Below, piece by piece: positions 1 to 13,192 of a stretch of DNA of 64,000 nucleotides; positions within the stretch are counted from its first letter, which is position 1, and every line of letters starts with the position of its first letter. The notes below the pieces were generated by a model. It saw only the letters and a program-made list of their open reading frames with translations, was not told where the DNA came from and searched no databases. Position numbers and translations under genes: made by a program. Location: the NCBI GenBank assembly GCA_051362555.1, contig CM120641.1:2356001-2420000 (forward strand). Reading direction: 5' to 3'. The stretch comes from Lingula anatina (taxonomy: Eukaryota > Animalia > Brachiopoda).

Positions 1-981
1 TAAGTGGAAAACCATTTTACCTTTTGACTTGAAACTTACAGAACTGATGAATATTCATAATACGCAGGTCAAGTTCGAAAATCAGCATGATCGGGTCACT
101 TTTAGGTAATTTATGCTGTTTTTTCACTATTTTCAATATAAATGCAACACTGATAACACAATATAAGAAAAACGGATTGGCCAATTGTAATTATACTCAA
201 TCAATCTTAGTCAATCTTAGTCAATCTTACTAAAACGCAGGTTGAGTTCGAAAATAAGCATTATCGGGCCATTACTTAAGAAGTTATACTGTTTTTTCAC
301 ATTTCCTCAGATTCAATTATTAGGCAAGTTAACAGTCTCATTATTTAACTAATAAGATGCCTAAAAGTGTTTGTTTGATATTTCCTGCATTTTTACAACA
401 TTGTTAGTTGATTATGTAAAAAACATGGTAAACTTGTTATCATGTATTGTGTAATAAAGTGTCAAAAATGGAAATAAACTCATATCATTGCAGTTTGTCA
501 GATTCAATCATCCACTATGTTCAGAATCTCAGAATGGAGGAAATTGGACATTTAACACTGTTCTATTGATACTTTTCCCATCTCATCAATTTTCTTAGTT
601 GGACATATAAAAATGGCAGTAAAATGTTTATTTTGTTTTATGTTAAAAAAGTGTTAAAAATGGAAATAAACCCATTTCAGAACAGTGCTGTCTTGTTTAC
701 ATTTTGGCATTATCAAGGCATGACTTTGAAGTTCCATGGGCCTGAAGACCTTTGCTAGTCACATTTTCTGAATATCTGTGATACAAATATTTTATAATTA
801 AAAATTGATGGTCATTAAGCTGTTAAACATTATGTAATATTGCATCAAAATGTGAAGAAACCCCCATTTTGGGCACTGCTCCCATGATGACCATTTAAGG
901 AAAATCATGTCACTTACTGTTTTCAAACTTACAGGATAGAAACATGGGACTAAAATACAGCTTCAGTAGGCAATGCAGTCT

Positions 982-1022
<41 letters not shown>

Positions 1023-1455
1023 AGTTAAACAGTTTTTTGTGAAAATTTAATTTTTCACATATTGGCATTTTCAAGGTGTGACTTTAAAGTTCCATGATCT
1101 TGAAGACTTTTGCTTGTCACATTTTCTGAATGTCCATGTTACTAATATTTTATTAATAACATTTGATTGTCATTATGCTGTTAAACATTATGTAATGTTG
1201 CATCAAAATTTGAAGAAACCCCTATTTTGGGCACTGCTCCTATGATGACCATTTAAGGGAAATCATGTCACTTACTGTTCTCAAACTTACAGGAAAGAAA
1301 CATGGGTCTAACATACAGCTTCAATAGGCAACGCAGTCTGTTTGGTAAATTTTTCTGGCAATTTAACAGTTTTTTGTGAAAATTTAATTTTTCACTTATT
1401 TGCATCTTTATTTTCTGTTCTTTGTCTGTACATTTGACAGCTTTGCTGCCTTGTT
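1..1455 (+). mobile_element. Helentron-associated non-autonomous element (HINE/DINE-1-like), 5' part cut by the window edge
   Basis: Reverse-complement homolog of 16397-20184 with the same internal units. Ends in the subterminal repeat TGTCTGTACAT (1423-1433), a small stem-loop CAGC-TTT-GCTG and CTTGTT, the typical HINE 3' end. Confidence 0.75.
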
Positions 1456-1762
1456 ATTACTAGTAGGTTCAATGACACATAAATGTACATACATATACAA
1501 ACCTCCATGTGTAGTTGTACACATGGGCATTAAATACACACCAAAAAAATGTAGATCTATCCTATTGTTCTTCGTGTTTCATTTGTGCAGTAAAAGGGAG
1601 CTGCTGAAATGTTTTTTATGCTAATTATTTACAGAATGTTTCTGTTTTTCTTTTGCATATTTAATCAGGAACTCCCAGAGCTTAATTCAAATGTCTATAT
1701 ACTCAGTAACACATATGCACACCCACGCACTTATTACAATTTGACTTTGTTTATTCTTCCAG

Positions 1763-4410
1763 AAAAACAGCTAACATTGCTTCAAAACCACCTGGCAGAA
1801 AGATACAACCGTGAGATGAGCTGTGTGCAGCGGATCCCCTGGGATGATACAGACACCATGAACATTGATGATGTGTTTGTAGATCTGTCTCTCATCCAAG
1901 AACAAAAGGAAGGTGGTGGCGTCAAAAAGGAATCACTCGAGTCTTACCAGGATATCTTCAAACCAGAAATAAGACGGAAAAGAATCATTGTCAGAGGTAA
2001 AGCTGGGTGTGGCAAATCAACAATTGCTGCAAAAATTACAGTTGATTGGGCAAGGTTTAAGATTCAGAGTTCAAATAGAAGTTCATCAGAAATATGTCTC
2101 TATAGCAGAACAAAATGCCCCAAAACAGAAGAGAGTCCTTTACATTATCTTGAAAATATATCTCTTCTGTTTCTTATCAGGTTAAGGTTTCTTGACAAAG
2201 ACCAGACTCTGCTTGAATCAATCAAAGATCAGCTGATTGACCCATCCCTTGAAATTTCAGATGAAGCTCTGCAAATGTACATGCATTCTAATGCTGATAG
2301 AATCCTTATCATATTAGATGGTTATGATGAATATAACATAGATAGTGCCAACCCCCAGAATAACATATCCAAACTGATAAAAGGGGAAACATTTGCTAAT
2401 GTAACAGTAATTGTCACTTCACGCCCATGGAAAGCACATGAGTTGTCCAAACATAGGCCCACTGACGTGCATGTAGAAGTAAAAGACATGTCCCAGTATC
2501 AAATGAATAAATTCATCAGAAACTACTTCACAGGTAGAGATCCAGGTCTTTGGTCTGTTTTGGAGTATGTGGAGGAATTCCATCTATCCTTATCACCCAC
2601 CCCATTACTTTTACTCTTTGTATGCATTTTATGGGATATAAAAACTGCAGAAGAAATGCCCAATTCCCTCACGGCACTTTATCAAGAACTTGTAACCCTA
2701 CTGTCGGACAGATATGTAGCCCGTCAAGAAAATCAAGAAACTGCAGAATGTTATCTAACAGAAAAGGCAAATATTATCGGTAAAATGGCTTTAGATGGAC
2801 TGCTTTCCGGTAACCTTACCTTTGATGAGACTAATTCAAACATTAAGGATTTAGGGAATCAGATTTTTCACACAGGTATCATGTCTCGTACAAAACTTAG
2901 TAGCATTAGGAGAAAGGCTCACATATCAAGCTACTCATTTATCCACAAAACTGTGCAAGAATATTTTGCTGCAAAATACATGGTTGAAAGTTGTAAGGAA
3001 GTCTCTCAGTCAGAGTCAATTAAGACATTCTTAAGCCATGTTAACTGCTGGGCAAGGTTCGAAGATATGATAAATATCATACAATTTGTTTGTGGACTGT
3101 CTTCAGAAGTGGCAGCAGTGATCTTTTCTCATTTGCATAGCCTGGCTGACAAAGATGCAGATTTTAAATCTGCATATTTTGGATTCCTTAATCCTACTTT
3201 TATTCATCTAATAACTGAAATGTTGACAAACAATCGTGTTGTAGCCCGTGAACATATGCAATGGCTGAACCATCTCGAAAGTGAAGAGATCCGTAACATG
3301 CATCCCCCGATAGCAAATTGTATATTGCAATTCGCTCATCAGGTTACAGAGTGCAGCTTTACTGGCGAAGTAGATCTCAATGTTCACAAATTACAGTACC
3401 ACACCATCTTCCCCTCTTTGAAGAGGCTGGAGATCATTGCTGAGTTTAATGAAGAAAGTTGTCGTAATTATCAATGTGCTGATCTAGACTCAAAGTTCTT
3501 GTTAGGTAGTCCCATAGACCGTTTTGAAGTGTTAGAAGGCTTCGAATTTTTACTGTCCCTTGAACCTCCATTTCCACCTTTGGAGGAGTTAAGTATCCTC
3601 GGTTGCCTTCTCGTTTGGAATTTGGTTGATTTGTTCCAACTGTTATCTACGAAGAGAATGGTCAACCTTATTTGTCTAAATCTGGAAATTTCAAGTATGA
3701 CTGAGTGCTTAACGTGTCCGGCAGTAGGTAGGAGGTCCAAACCTAAAATAAAGGAAAATGTAAGAAATAAAACAGACCCATTCATAGTTACAGTACCTTT
3801 CCATCAAGATTACAGTCAACACCATATTTTAATTGACACCCTTTGTGACCTGGCCTCACAGCTGAAGCATTTGCCCAACTTAGAACGACTTGGACTTAGG
3901 AGTACTGATATAACACCCGTAGGACTGAAGTCACTGACAGACAATTTGCATCATGTACCTAGGTTGCATGATCTTGACATTTCTGGTAATTCTGTACACA
4001 TGGGTTTTGTTTCCAACATTGACGTTCCAACTGTTATGACAGATCTTTTCCGTAAACTCCAATCAATGAACATGACACGTTTAAATATACGTGACTGTGA
4101 CATTGGATTACTTGGTGACATGGCACCAGCAATGAAAGCTCTATCAGATAATCTTAAACAATGGAAGGAACTGTGGTATTTAGACATTTCTTATAATTCC
4201 ATAGGGGAAAGTATCTCTCATCTAGTCGAGTCGCTGAATAGCACAGATCTCCCTCTTCTTGAAAGATTGTATGTTGCTCAAAATAACATGTTGAGTAAGT
4301 CATTGCAAAACGGACTTGCTGAAAAACTAAAAGCAATGCCAGGCTTGAGGCATGATGTCCCAAGTTCGATTTCCCTTCCTCTTGCATTATCAATTACTCC
4401 CGATGAATGA
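1763..4410 (+). CDS. NLR-family immune receptor: terminal exon encoding NACHT NTPase, winged helix and LRRs (N-terminal exons probably upstream of the window)
   Basis: Walker A GKAGCGKS, Walker B ILIILDGYDE, sensor-1 VIVTSRP, PLLL, WH motif FIHKTVQEYFAA, and C-terminal RI-like LRRs (LERLGLRST, LHDLDISGN, LWYLDISYN, LERLYVAQN). Likely phase-1 acceptor ttattcttccAG at 1761-1762. AATAAA at 4979-4984. Confidence 0.9.
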
Positions 4411-5936
4411 TGTGTTTCGTAATATTGATCTAACTGTTAACTGACTGACCGTAATATTGATCTGATTGACCATCTTGTTCCCCTGAAAACTACCGACTAC
4501 CACAGGCGAATCCTTCCACTTTACGGACCTATCAGTTTTACAAAGAAGAATTTCCCCCTCTGTTAAAGACGTACATGAATCAGTCATCAACAAATCTGCA
4601 TGTCTAGTTTAAACTTGGACCCATTCTGTGTGAGTCCAAGGTTATCTCACACAAGAGGTGTGTATTGGCAAGTTTCCTGGTTTATTAGAACTTCTTTGAG
4701 AATTTGGCTTTATGTTATGTTATTGTATATACACATGTATATATACTGTTGCAGGTAATTCTGTTCACTAAAGCAATATCGGACAAAAAGACGTGCAATT
4801 TTAGCAAATACATGTCAAAATGCTTTGTAAATATCTATGTACATATAATTTAATCTTCATATTGTAAGAGTTCATAAACGTCATATGAAACAATTTTATT
4901 TGAAAGTGCATATATTGAACATTACTATGAGACGTATACTGTGTAATATTCCATAATAACAATAACAACAGAATTAGTAATAAAATTAACATTGTCAGTA
5001 AATAGCCGTCTTAGAGTTACTCTCATATACGCCTTATTGGACACTGCAAGATCCCTGTTGGTTTTTTTGGAAGGGGAAGGGAGCCGAACTCAATTTTTTC
5101 TTCTAAATACCCCCTCCCCATCACTGCCTTCATGTGAACAGAAATTACTTCTGCCATTATCAATGCGCAAGCTGCAAGATCCACGCTTTTTTTTTTTTTT
5201 TTAAGTGGACGGGAGTTGCATTCAATTTTTTCTACCTACTCATCACTGGTTTCATGTAAACTGAAATTTGTTGTTGTTATCAATGTACAAGCTTTAGTTG
5301 ACGAAAGAAATCCCAACTACAACATTGAGTTATTTCTTCTGATGACACTTTCTGTGCATGGAAGCTTCTTCGAAAACCTGTCACAATCGATTTTAAGCAA
5401 ATTTCATTTAGTACTTCTTTATAAAAATGCAAATAATTACATAATAATTACAAGCCACGTAAATGATAATACAAGCTTGCAGATATTAACTGGAGAGGGA
5501 CTGCATGCAAAACATGTTGGGAGACGCTCTCACATTCAAATTTAAAACGACCAAACGAGTAACAGGGAATCCATAACTTGATGTTTATTGTTTAGTTTTA
5601 AATTTATCAAAAAAAGGTAATGCGGCTACCAGTCGGTTGCACAAAGTTCAAATATTTGACTGAAGTCGCCGCTTTTTTTTTTTTTTTAATACACTGCCTT
5701 CACATAAGGACCATTCCACGGTAGTGCACCGAAGAATATTTTCCATCCTTTAACTATAAAGTCCAGGCATAGCATCAATAACACCAAACAACTCATTTCA
5801 TTGTTCTCTTTATTTCTCTGTCCACTTAAATTTTTTCTATAGTCCTTACAGTAACAAGGAACTTCTTTAAAGTCTTTCCAAATCTCGACAGTTAATAATC
5901 TTCACAGCGTTCCCCCATACTGTCCACTAGACCATG

Positions 5937-8556
5937 TTAACCCCAGTTCTCAGTGGTGTTAGCCCCTCCCCACTGGTTATCAGGGGCTGGGGCAGTACCT
6001 GCTGCTGACTGAGTGGGTGCAGACCAATCATCATTAGTGGCAGACCAGTCCTCTGTTGTTCCACCATAACCACCTGACATGGCTGCTGGGGCTGCAGGAA
6101 CACCTTCAGTGGACCACTAAGAAAACATTAAATGTGGAGAATATTAATGTCAGAATAGTTATTATTGAGCAATTAATGATAAAATGTGATAAATATTGGA
6201 AATCTCTATTGAATGTGTTGCTGCAAAATTCGTTCTTCAGATGACTTATCATATCATAAATGCACCATCCAACAATACAATTAAGTTATGTTAGACTTAC
6301 ATCAGCCACCTCAGCGGGGGCTCCCCCAGGGATGGGGGCATCAGTCCACTGTTCCTGGCTGTACTCTGGCCCAGTAGAGGGCAGGGCAGCAGCAGCAGCT
6401 GTGGCGGCAGCTTCACGGGCAGCCTGCTCTTCTTTCTCAGCCTAGAGGAAAAAAAGATGGTATGTTACAGGAGTTTGACCAGAGGATGCTAAGAACCTAA
6501 GACCTGCCCCCTTCTTCCTGTTTTTGCCCTTTTCTAAAATTCTATATAAAGGCCAAAAACTTTTTAAACCCTTTACCACACAAAGGAGGGAAATCTCCAG
6601 CAATGTTTAATCTAATCTATTATCTCAGCTTAATTCCTCCATCAAGGCAATCAATTACATAATGTTACACAATTCATAATATTAACAAATGCAACAGCTC
6701 TCTTCGTGTTTAACTGTTATCAGAACAGATACAACAGATATTTGTAATTTTTAAAACAACACAAATAAAACTGAGAGATTTAAACGAAAATCAAACAATA
6801 TGTGAGAAGTACCAAAAAACTTTTCCAAAGTGTTGGGAGTCATTACCTCTTCTGGGTCCCTGTAGAAGTAGAGATCCACCATGACATCCCAGGGGACATC
6901 ACGGCTGATTGTGCCACGCAGACGCAGGACTTCACGTGCCAGCAACCACCACATCAGACCAATAGAGTGAGGACCCTGGAAATATTACATTTATCTTTTA
7001 TCAAATTAATGATTTTGGATTTCCAAGTATGATTTTCACATCCTAATTACAATATTTATCTTCACTATTCCAAACTATTCTAAACCACCTCTCACACTTC
7101 CTTTCAGTCATCAGAATACAATTAGGAGACAGATATGAGGAGTTACAATGAAATCATTTAAAGAAATTTCAAGTTTTGAAAAAAAAAAAGGCCTCCTCAA
7201 GCAATGTTCATGTAACAAGCAGTTAAATCATTAACATCTCAAAACCTAAATACTGTAGACTCATTCAAACTTCAGATGTACCTTGTTGTTGCATGGGATG
7301 GCAATATCCACATATCTCAAGGGGGAGTCAGTGTTACAGAAGGCAATGACAGGGATGTTCACATAGGAGGCCTCAGTGACTGGCTGATGGTCAGTACGTG
7401 GGTCTGTCACAACAAGGAGACGCGGCTCACGGAATGCAGCCTTAAATATAAAAATACATTCATCATGAGATATTTTAAATGTCAAAATAAATAATTGATT
7501 AATTTTAACGTTTTTTTTTCAAATGCAGTCAACTTAACAGAAATTGTTTGAATCAAGGGTTATTATGTATCTAGATACTAAACAACAAGAGTGGAACATG
7601 AAGGTTGAGTACATTCACAAGACTTTGATCCACAAATGGAGACCCCAATGCATTTGACTCATGTTGTTTGGCCTTATAAGTAAAGAAAAACTGTTTCCTC
7701 ATCCTGTTTCACAGCAATAACTCAAAAGACCAATTGCACAACTGTGTTTCATTACCTGGATTTGGTTAGTGAATGTTCCAGGGGTAAACCTGCCAGCTAC
7801 AGGGGTGGAGCCCGTGGCCGAGGCAAACTTGAGCACTGCTCTCTGGCCGTAGGGTCTGGCCGAGATGACGCAGACTTCTGCTGGGTTCTCAATGGCTGCG
7901 ATGGCACGGGCAGCAAGCAGGATCTTCTCCCAGGTCTTCTTGATATTGATGATGTGAACGCCTGACAAAATGATTTAGATCAGCACAAATGAATTAAGTG
8001 AGAAAATTCAAAATTGTTAAGAAATCCACAAGTTTCATGTACATGTGCAGGATTCAAAAGGACAGCAGTGTCAGAAATAAACTTTTTAAACCCCTATTTT
8101 GTTTTTCTATCCTTCTAGGTACAGATCAAACACTCACTTATTATCCAGTGCTTGTAAAACTATAACAAATGTGAATTTGTTGAGAAACCTTTCTGCTAAG
8201 TATTACTTGCTTTTTCTATTTTTAAAGGGAATTTATTTACAATTCTGTATTTGCAGTAAGGTCCATGTGACAGCAGCTCTAAAGCAAAAAGATTTTCCTA
8301 AATATATCTAAAACCTGCAACATATCTAACCAGGTTGAAATCCAACAAAAAAAAAAAAAAAAAAAATTATTATAAATCATTGGCTAATAATGAGTGAACT
8401 TCAACACACACAAACACACTCACCATCAGGTTTGCGTTTATAAACATACTGCTCCATCTGGAAGTCCACATTGGTGGAGCCAAGATGAGCACCACTGGCT
8501 AAAAACTTGGTGACATCGTCTTCTTTCAAAGCGAGTACGTCTAGACCTCCAGACAT
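5937..8556 (-). CDS. RPSA: 40S ribosomal protein SA (uS2 / laminin receptor precursor), 6 coding exons, 315 aa
   Basis: Exons 8424-8556, 7756-7961, 7282-7440, 6847-6975, 6301-6441, 5937-6116; all GT-AG and frame-consistent (948 nt). Translation [26 protein letters not shown]...[26 protein letters not shown]...YFYRDPEE...ENWG*. AATAAA on the minus strand at 5809-5814. Confidence 0.97.
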
Positions 8557-9214
8557 CGTGGGTTGATCGGTGAGTTACGGTGATCAACCTGAAAGTAATT
8601 ACACCCTATGTTAAAAAACCTTAAAGTAATATAGTTAAACTACTAATATATTTTATGTAGTTGTATGGACAGGTGTTGAAAAGCAAAAAGACAATCCACA
8701 TATTACTGGGCATGGGTGGTGGGGGACATCACTTCTCAAATGAGAGATGTCCCAGGCTAACCACGCCTATGACCTAAAATTTAGTTTTTCTCTTTAACTA
8801 GTAAACCATTCCCTTTAGATCACTTAACGCTAGGGCTATTATCCCATTCACAAATGTCATCATAAAAACAGTTGTAATGCCATAATTGACACGTAGAGTT
8901 TAACCAAAAAATATATAAAAAACCAAATGAACTGGAGGACTACAATTTGAAATGTGCCACAGACACATCTCTAGCAATACTTGTGTTTTTAATGTTGCCA
9001 TTTTTCACGTGTGCCGCTTAGCTTCAAGGCTTTTCTAACATGTGGCCGAACTCGGCTGTCAAGATACTGGTTATCACAAAAAGTTAGGGTTAATTTTACA
9101 ACTAAAACAAACTGTCACGAAGGGCAAAGTTTTCTTATTTGTTGTCCACTTAATGGGATATTTCCAAAGCAGTCAAAGCACTCGTTTATTTGGGTAAACT
9201 CTGAGAGGACTTAC

Positions 9215-9257
9215 AAGTAGGCAATGCCAAATGGAGTGTCCACCGGAAAAGGAAGAG
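9215..9257 (-). other. RPSA: RPSA non-coding first exon beginning with a 5'TOP/TCT pyrimidine tract
   Basis: Minus strand reads CTCTTCCTTTTCCGGTGG... and ends at a GTAAGT donor (9209-9214). It splices to the acceptor at 8589-8590. This is the usual ribosomal-protein gene start. Confidence 0.85.
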
Positions 9258-9335
9258 TGAAAAGTGCGGGGTTTCTCACAAGGGCATTCTCAATGCGCAC
9301 GCGCAGTGCGTAAACGGAAGTCGCGTGGGAAAGAA
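9258..9335. promoter_or_regulatory. Bidirectional CpG-rich promoter between RPSA (-) and NTAN1/GEMIN7 (+)
   Basis: NRF1-like TGCGCACGCGCA (9294-9305) and ETS/GABP-like ACGGAAGT (9314-9321), with local CpG enrichment. Flanked by divergent first-exon donors at 9214 (-) and 9372 (+). Confidence 0.7.
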
Positions 9336-9371
9336 AATAGTAAGGAGGCTCGTGCTACTCGGGCATTCGTG
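9320..9371 (+). other. Putative non-coding leader exon of the NTAN1/GEMIN7 unit (5' end approximate)
   Basis: ATG-free segment right after the promoter motifs, ending in GTG|GTAAGA (GT at 9372-9373). Downstream acceptors at 9745-9746 and 10845-10846. Confidence 0.55.
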
Positions 9372-9786
9372 GTAAGAATTACATCTGTTACCGCTGCAGT
9401 TTGACTTATTATATCTATGGCAGTATGTCGATTTTTTAGTAACGATGTTTCTCTATAATTTAAAATTCACACTACAAGTTTAAACATAAGTGTAAATCTA
9501 AAAGCAGTGTGTGAAATCGTTTGTTTACCTGATCCCGAAGCCATGAACTTGAAGGCAAAATGGGAGTGTTGTCGCGTTGAACATAATGAAACCGCGACAC
9601 CTTTTTTCGTTTTCCTCATTCCTGAAGGCTACATTTAACTTGCCTGTAAAAAAGATTGCTTAGTATCTACAATGTGATGGTAATTTCGTGCATAGCAATT
9701 GAATTATATTGGGCCGTACTTAGTTTTGTTATCACTTTCACTTTAGGTTGGAAACCATTTTTAGAAACAGTCGCCGTGTTGGTCTC

Positions 9787-12700
9787 ATGCCATTGTTAAT
9801 CAAAGGAGGAGCATTAAAACGGGTTCCATCTTGTATACGAGATTTTTTTAATAAATACAATCATTTTAAGGTGAGTACTGTTTCTGTAGTTGTTATAGTT
9901 CTTTAGTTTAAACAATGTTTTGTTATTGTTATTTTGGAAGCCACCGTAATCTTTTGTGCAAAGCATTTTTCCCAATCGGAAAAAGAAAAAAAAATTAATC
10001 GGTTTCAATTTCAGGAATAAGCACATTATTTCCAATAGTATTGATAACTAAATTGAAAAGATAATGAGTACTGGAGAGAACAGAGATACGTACCTAGTAT
10101 GGCAGGCCGCAGGGGTTGTTACAAGGAATATGCCAGTACTTCTAAAAACCAACTGTTGTGTATCTTTAAATCACTCTGGTTGGTGCCTTAGAAAGGGATT
10201 TGAATCACTTTTTTGGCACTTTTCCCTTAATGCGAACTAATCTTTTTAAAAACAATGCATTATTGCATGTTTTCCATATTATTTATAGATTTATTTTTGG
10301 TCCCCATCAAAATTCATTGCTCATCATTGAACATTGAATCTATTTCAGTGCAAATGAAGTTTTAAACAATTAATATTTAAGAGATAACAACTGTTCCTTG
10401 TGGCAGGAAAAGTGTCATAAAATGAATTTTTCATCAAGACAGTCACATGTGCTGGTGTTAAAATGGAATTTATTATATTTCTATGAGTTGTTTACAGTGT
10501 ATTTATGGTGGATTTTAATCTGTTATGAAGAATTGTTATCCCTGTAGGTGATTTAATGTTAATTATTGTTTTATCAAAATTTTTTTTATTGTGAAATTGG
10601 TCTCCTATGAGTCTATGACTTAAATAAAAATAGCAAAGAACATTTCGTTTATTTGAATAATAATTTTATTGCTGTGCAGATAAATAAAGAATTCCTAATA
10701 TAAATTGAAAAAGATATTGGTGCTTTACATTATGTATGCTACTCATTCCTTCATTGTGTACTATTGTACATATTGTTATCGAATATTGGGAACAGTGAGT
10801 TGAAAACAAATGTCTACATTTATGAAACCAATTTTGACTCCAACAGATGAGTGAAGAACTGGAAAAAGTGCAAGAACTAAGAACGTACCTACGAGAGCGT
10901 TACCTAAGAGCCATGAACGCACTGGCTAGACGACCTATCACAGTGACTATGTTTGAGAAAACAATTGTGAATGCTGTTTTTGGCAGCAGTGATTTGGATG
11001 GACTACTACTACAGGTGACAGATCTGGAAACACCCACTGGAACTCATCCAAACGGACTGCTGAGGACCAGTGACATTCTATCTATTAATATTCATCCTCT
11101 CCAGGAAGAGAAATCATAACACATTGGTGACTACTCTAATATGTTTGCCAGGGAAGCTCATATAATTAATGGAAGACAATGCAGCATATCTTATTCAGTT
11201 CAAATGTGGCATTCCTGTGGATTCAGCAGAGCTTAAATAAGAATTTAGAATGAATATGTGCTACAAAAATATTTTGTATTTGTGTGACGTGCCAGTTCAA
11301 GTTAAAGAATTCTCAACCCAGTTTGTGAATTTAAAACATTAATGTTTCTGATAAATTTTCTTTGTTCATTTTATAAGGATCTTCTAAAGGTCAGATTCAA
11401 ATATTATTTCTAAATATTTCATATCCCTGATATTGTAAATTGTAACAATTTTTTTTAAATTTCAGTATTTTTATTGAATTTGAGTTAAACTATTAATATA
11501 TGAAAACCTGTTGGTTTCATAAGACAGCATATTAAGATTCATAGATTATTGACTGAAAAATATGTTCTGTGAAAGGGAAACATTTCTTACTACTTCTAGA
11601 ACTACAGCTGTTATGAATTCTGCAGAGTTTTCTAAATAAATGGATAGCTGAATTTGTAAATAACTGTGTTCTACCAGTGCATACTTATTTTATCAACTCT
11701 TCTCACTTCTGTAATATTTCATAAACAAAGTCCAAGGTAAGGGTATTGCAGGTTTACAGTTATACCAGGTATAAAAATTTGGTTTTGACTTGAAATCCTG
11801 CTATTCAAAGTAAATCTAAATGTTTCTACCCTTACCCTTTCCCCTTTTAGTGCTGGATCCCCTAATAGCATTCATGAATTAATGACAGTTTTTATTGGGG
11901 AGGGGGGGGGGTAAGGTGAATATTTATCCCCTATTGCAATTTCAGCAAATTGAATGAGGTGATGGTTTTAGTCCATTGTGACAGTTACAATATCATGAGT
12001 AGGATTTCTTCTATAAGGAGCTCTCTTTGTAATTTTTCTGTATTTTACTTGGTGTGTGTCTGTGTGTAGGGGGGGGGGGGGGGGTGTCCAAAACTTTTAC
12101 CGCCATGAAATCCTGCTCATTCTACCAGAATTATGAAGTTTTTGATTGTTCAAGGATGAGGTAGTTTCCAAAAGAAGTCAACCAGTAAGCAAGGTCGGAG
12201 CCCAGGGCTTGTTGTATGTGCTACAGAGAGAGTATGCAGGAACTGCACCAGAGGATGGTGAGTGCACAGGATCAGGATGACCTCAAGGGGTGGATGTTTT
12301 TGATGGTGATGTTAGTTTATCTGTCTGTTAGCAACATGATGCAAAATGTTATGGACTGATAGTGAAGAAATTTTCATGATAGGTCAAAAATGGGTTAACT
12401 TGAAAGTGATTAGATTTTGGTGGAGATCCTTAAATCAGTTAATGATTATATATGTATAGTCTAGCAAGTTAATTATTTATCTTGGCAGAGGTATGCAGTC
12501 TGTGATATATTGACATGATGATGGTGATGATGTTTGAGTTGATGCAGATTTCATTTTATTGTGAATCTCACTTGATCAGAAATTTTTTCACCTTAATAAA
12601 ACTCTAGGCTTTAATTCAGCTTCTGACAAATATATTTAATTAGATGAATGTGTTCTATCAAACTTCTATGTCATGCTCCATTATGTTTCAGATGTGATAT

Positions 12701-13125
12701 CTGTCCTGGGTTCTGAAGATGCCACTACATGCCACATTGTTATTATAAGGCATACAGGTTTGTTTTCCATTTGATAAGCTTACTACAATTTCTTTCACTT
12801 GTTTATATTTTGTAACTTTTACTCCTTGGGACAAAGTGAAGTAATAAATTGTAACTGTATTTGATTTTCTCCATTTAAAGGTAAATTATATTTTTGTAAT
12901 TTAAAGATATATTGCTACAGTAGTATACATGTTAGTGGTACTTAATTTTGAGAATAGTTGATGTTATGGTATAAATATTTTTGCCGGACTTCTATTAAGG
13001 AAATATTAAGGAATGGGAAATTTTGTGAATTGTGCTGCATGTGTTATGGACTGATAATGACAAAATTTGCATGAAAATGGGTTAACTTGAAAGTGATTAG
13101 ATATTGGTGATGATCCTTATATCAA

Positions 13126-13192
<67 letters not shown>

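Noticed and set aside
1609-1762. N-terminal 51 codons of the 933-aa NLR ORF
   Set aside because: T-rich, intron-like sequence ending in a good acceptor at 1761-1762; probably an open frame running through intron.
7580-7669. 13-bp inverted repeat in RPSA intron 3 as a C/D snoRNA terminal stem
   Set aside because: No RUGAUGA or CUGA boxes inside the stem on the RPSA sense strand.
11731-11742. AAG|GTAAGG donor as the first coding exon of NTAN1
   Set aside because: In-frame TAA at 11722-11724; the true MPLL exon is at 9787-9870.
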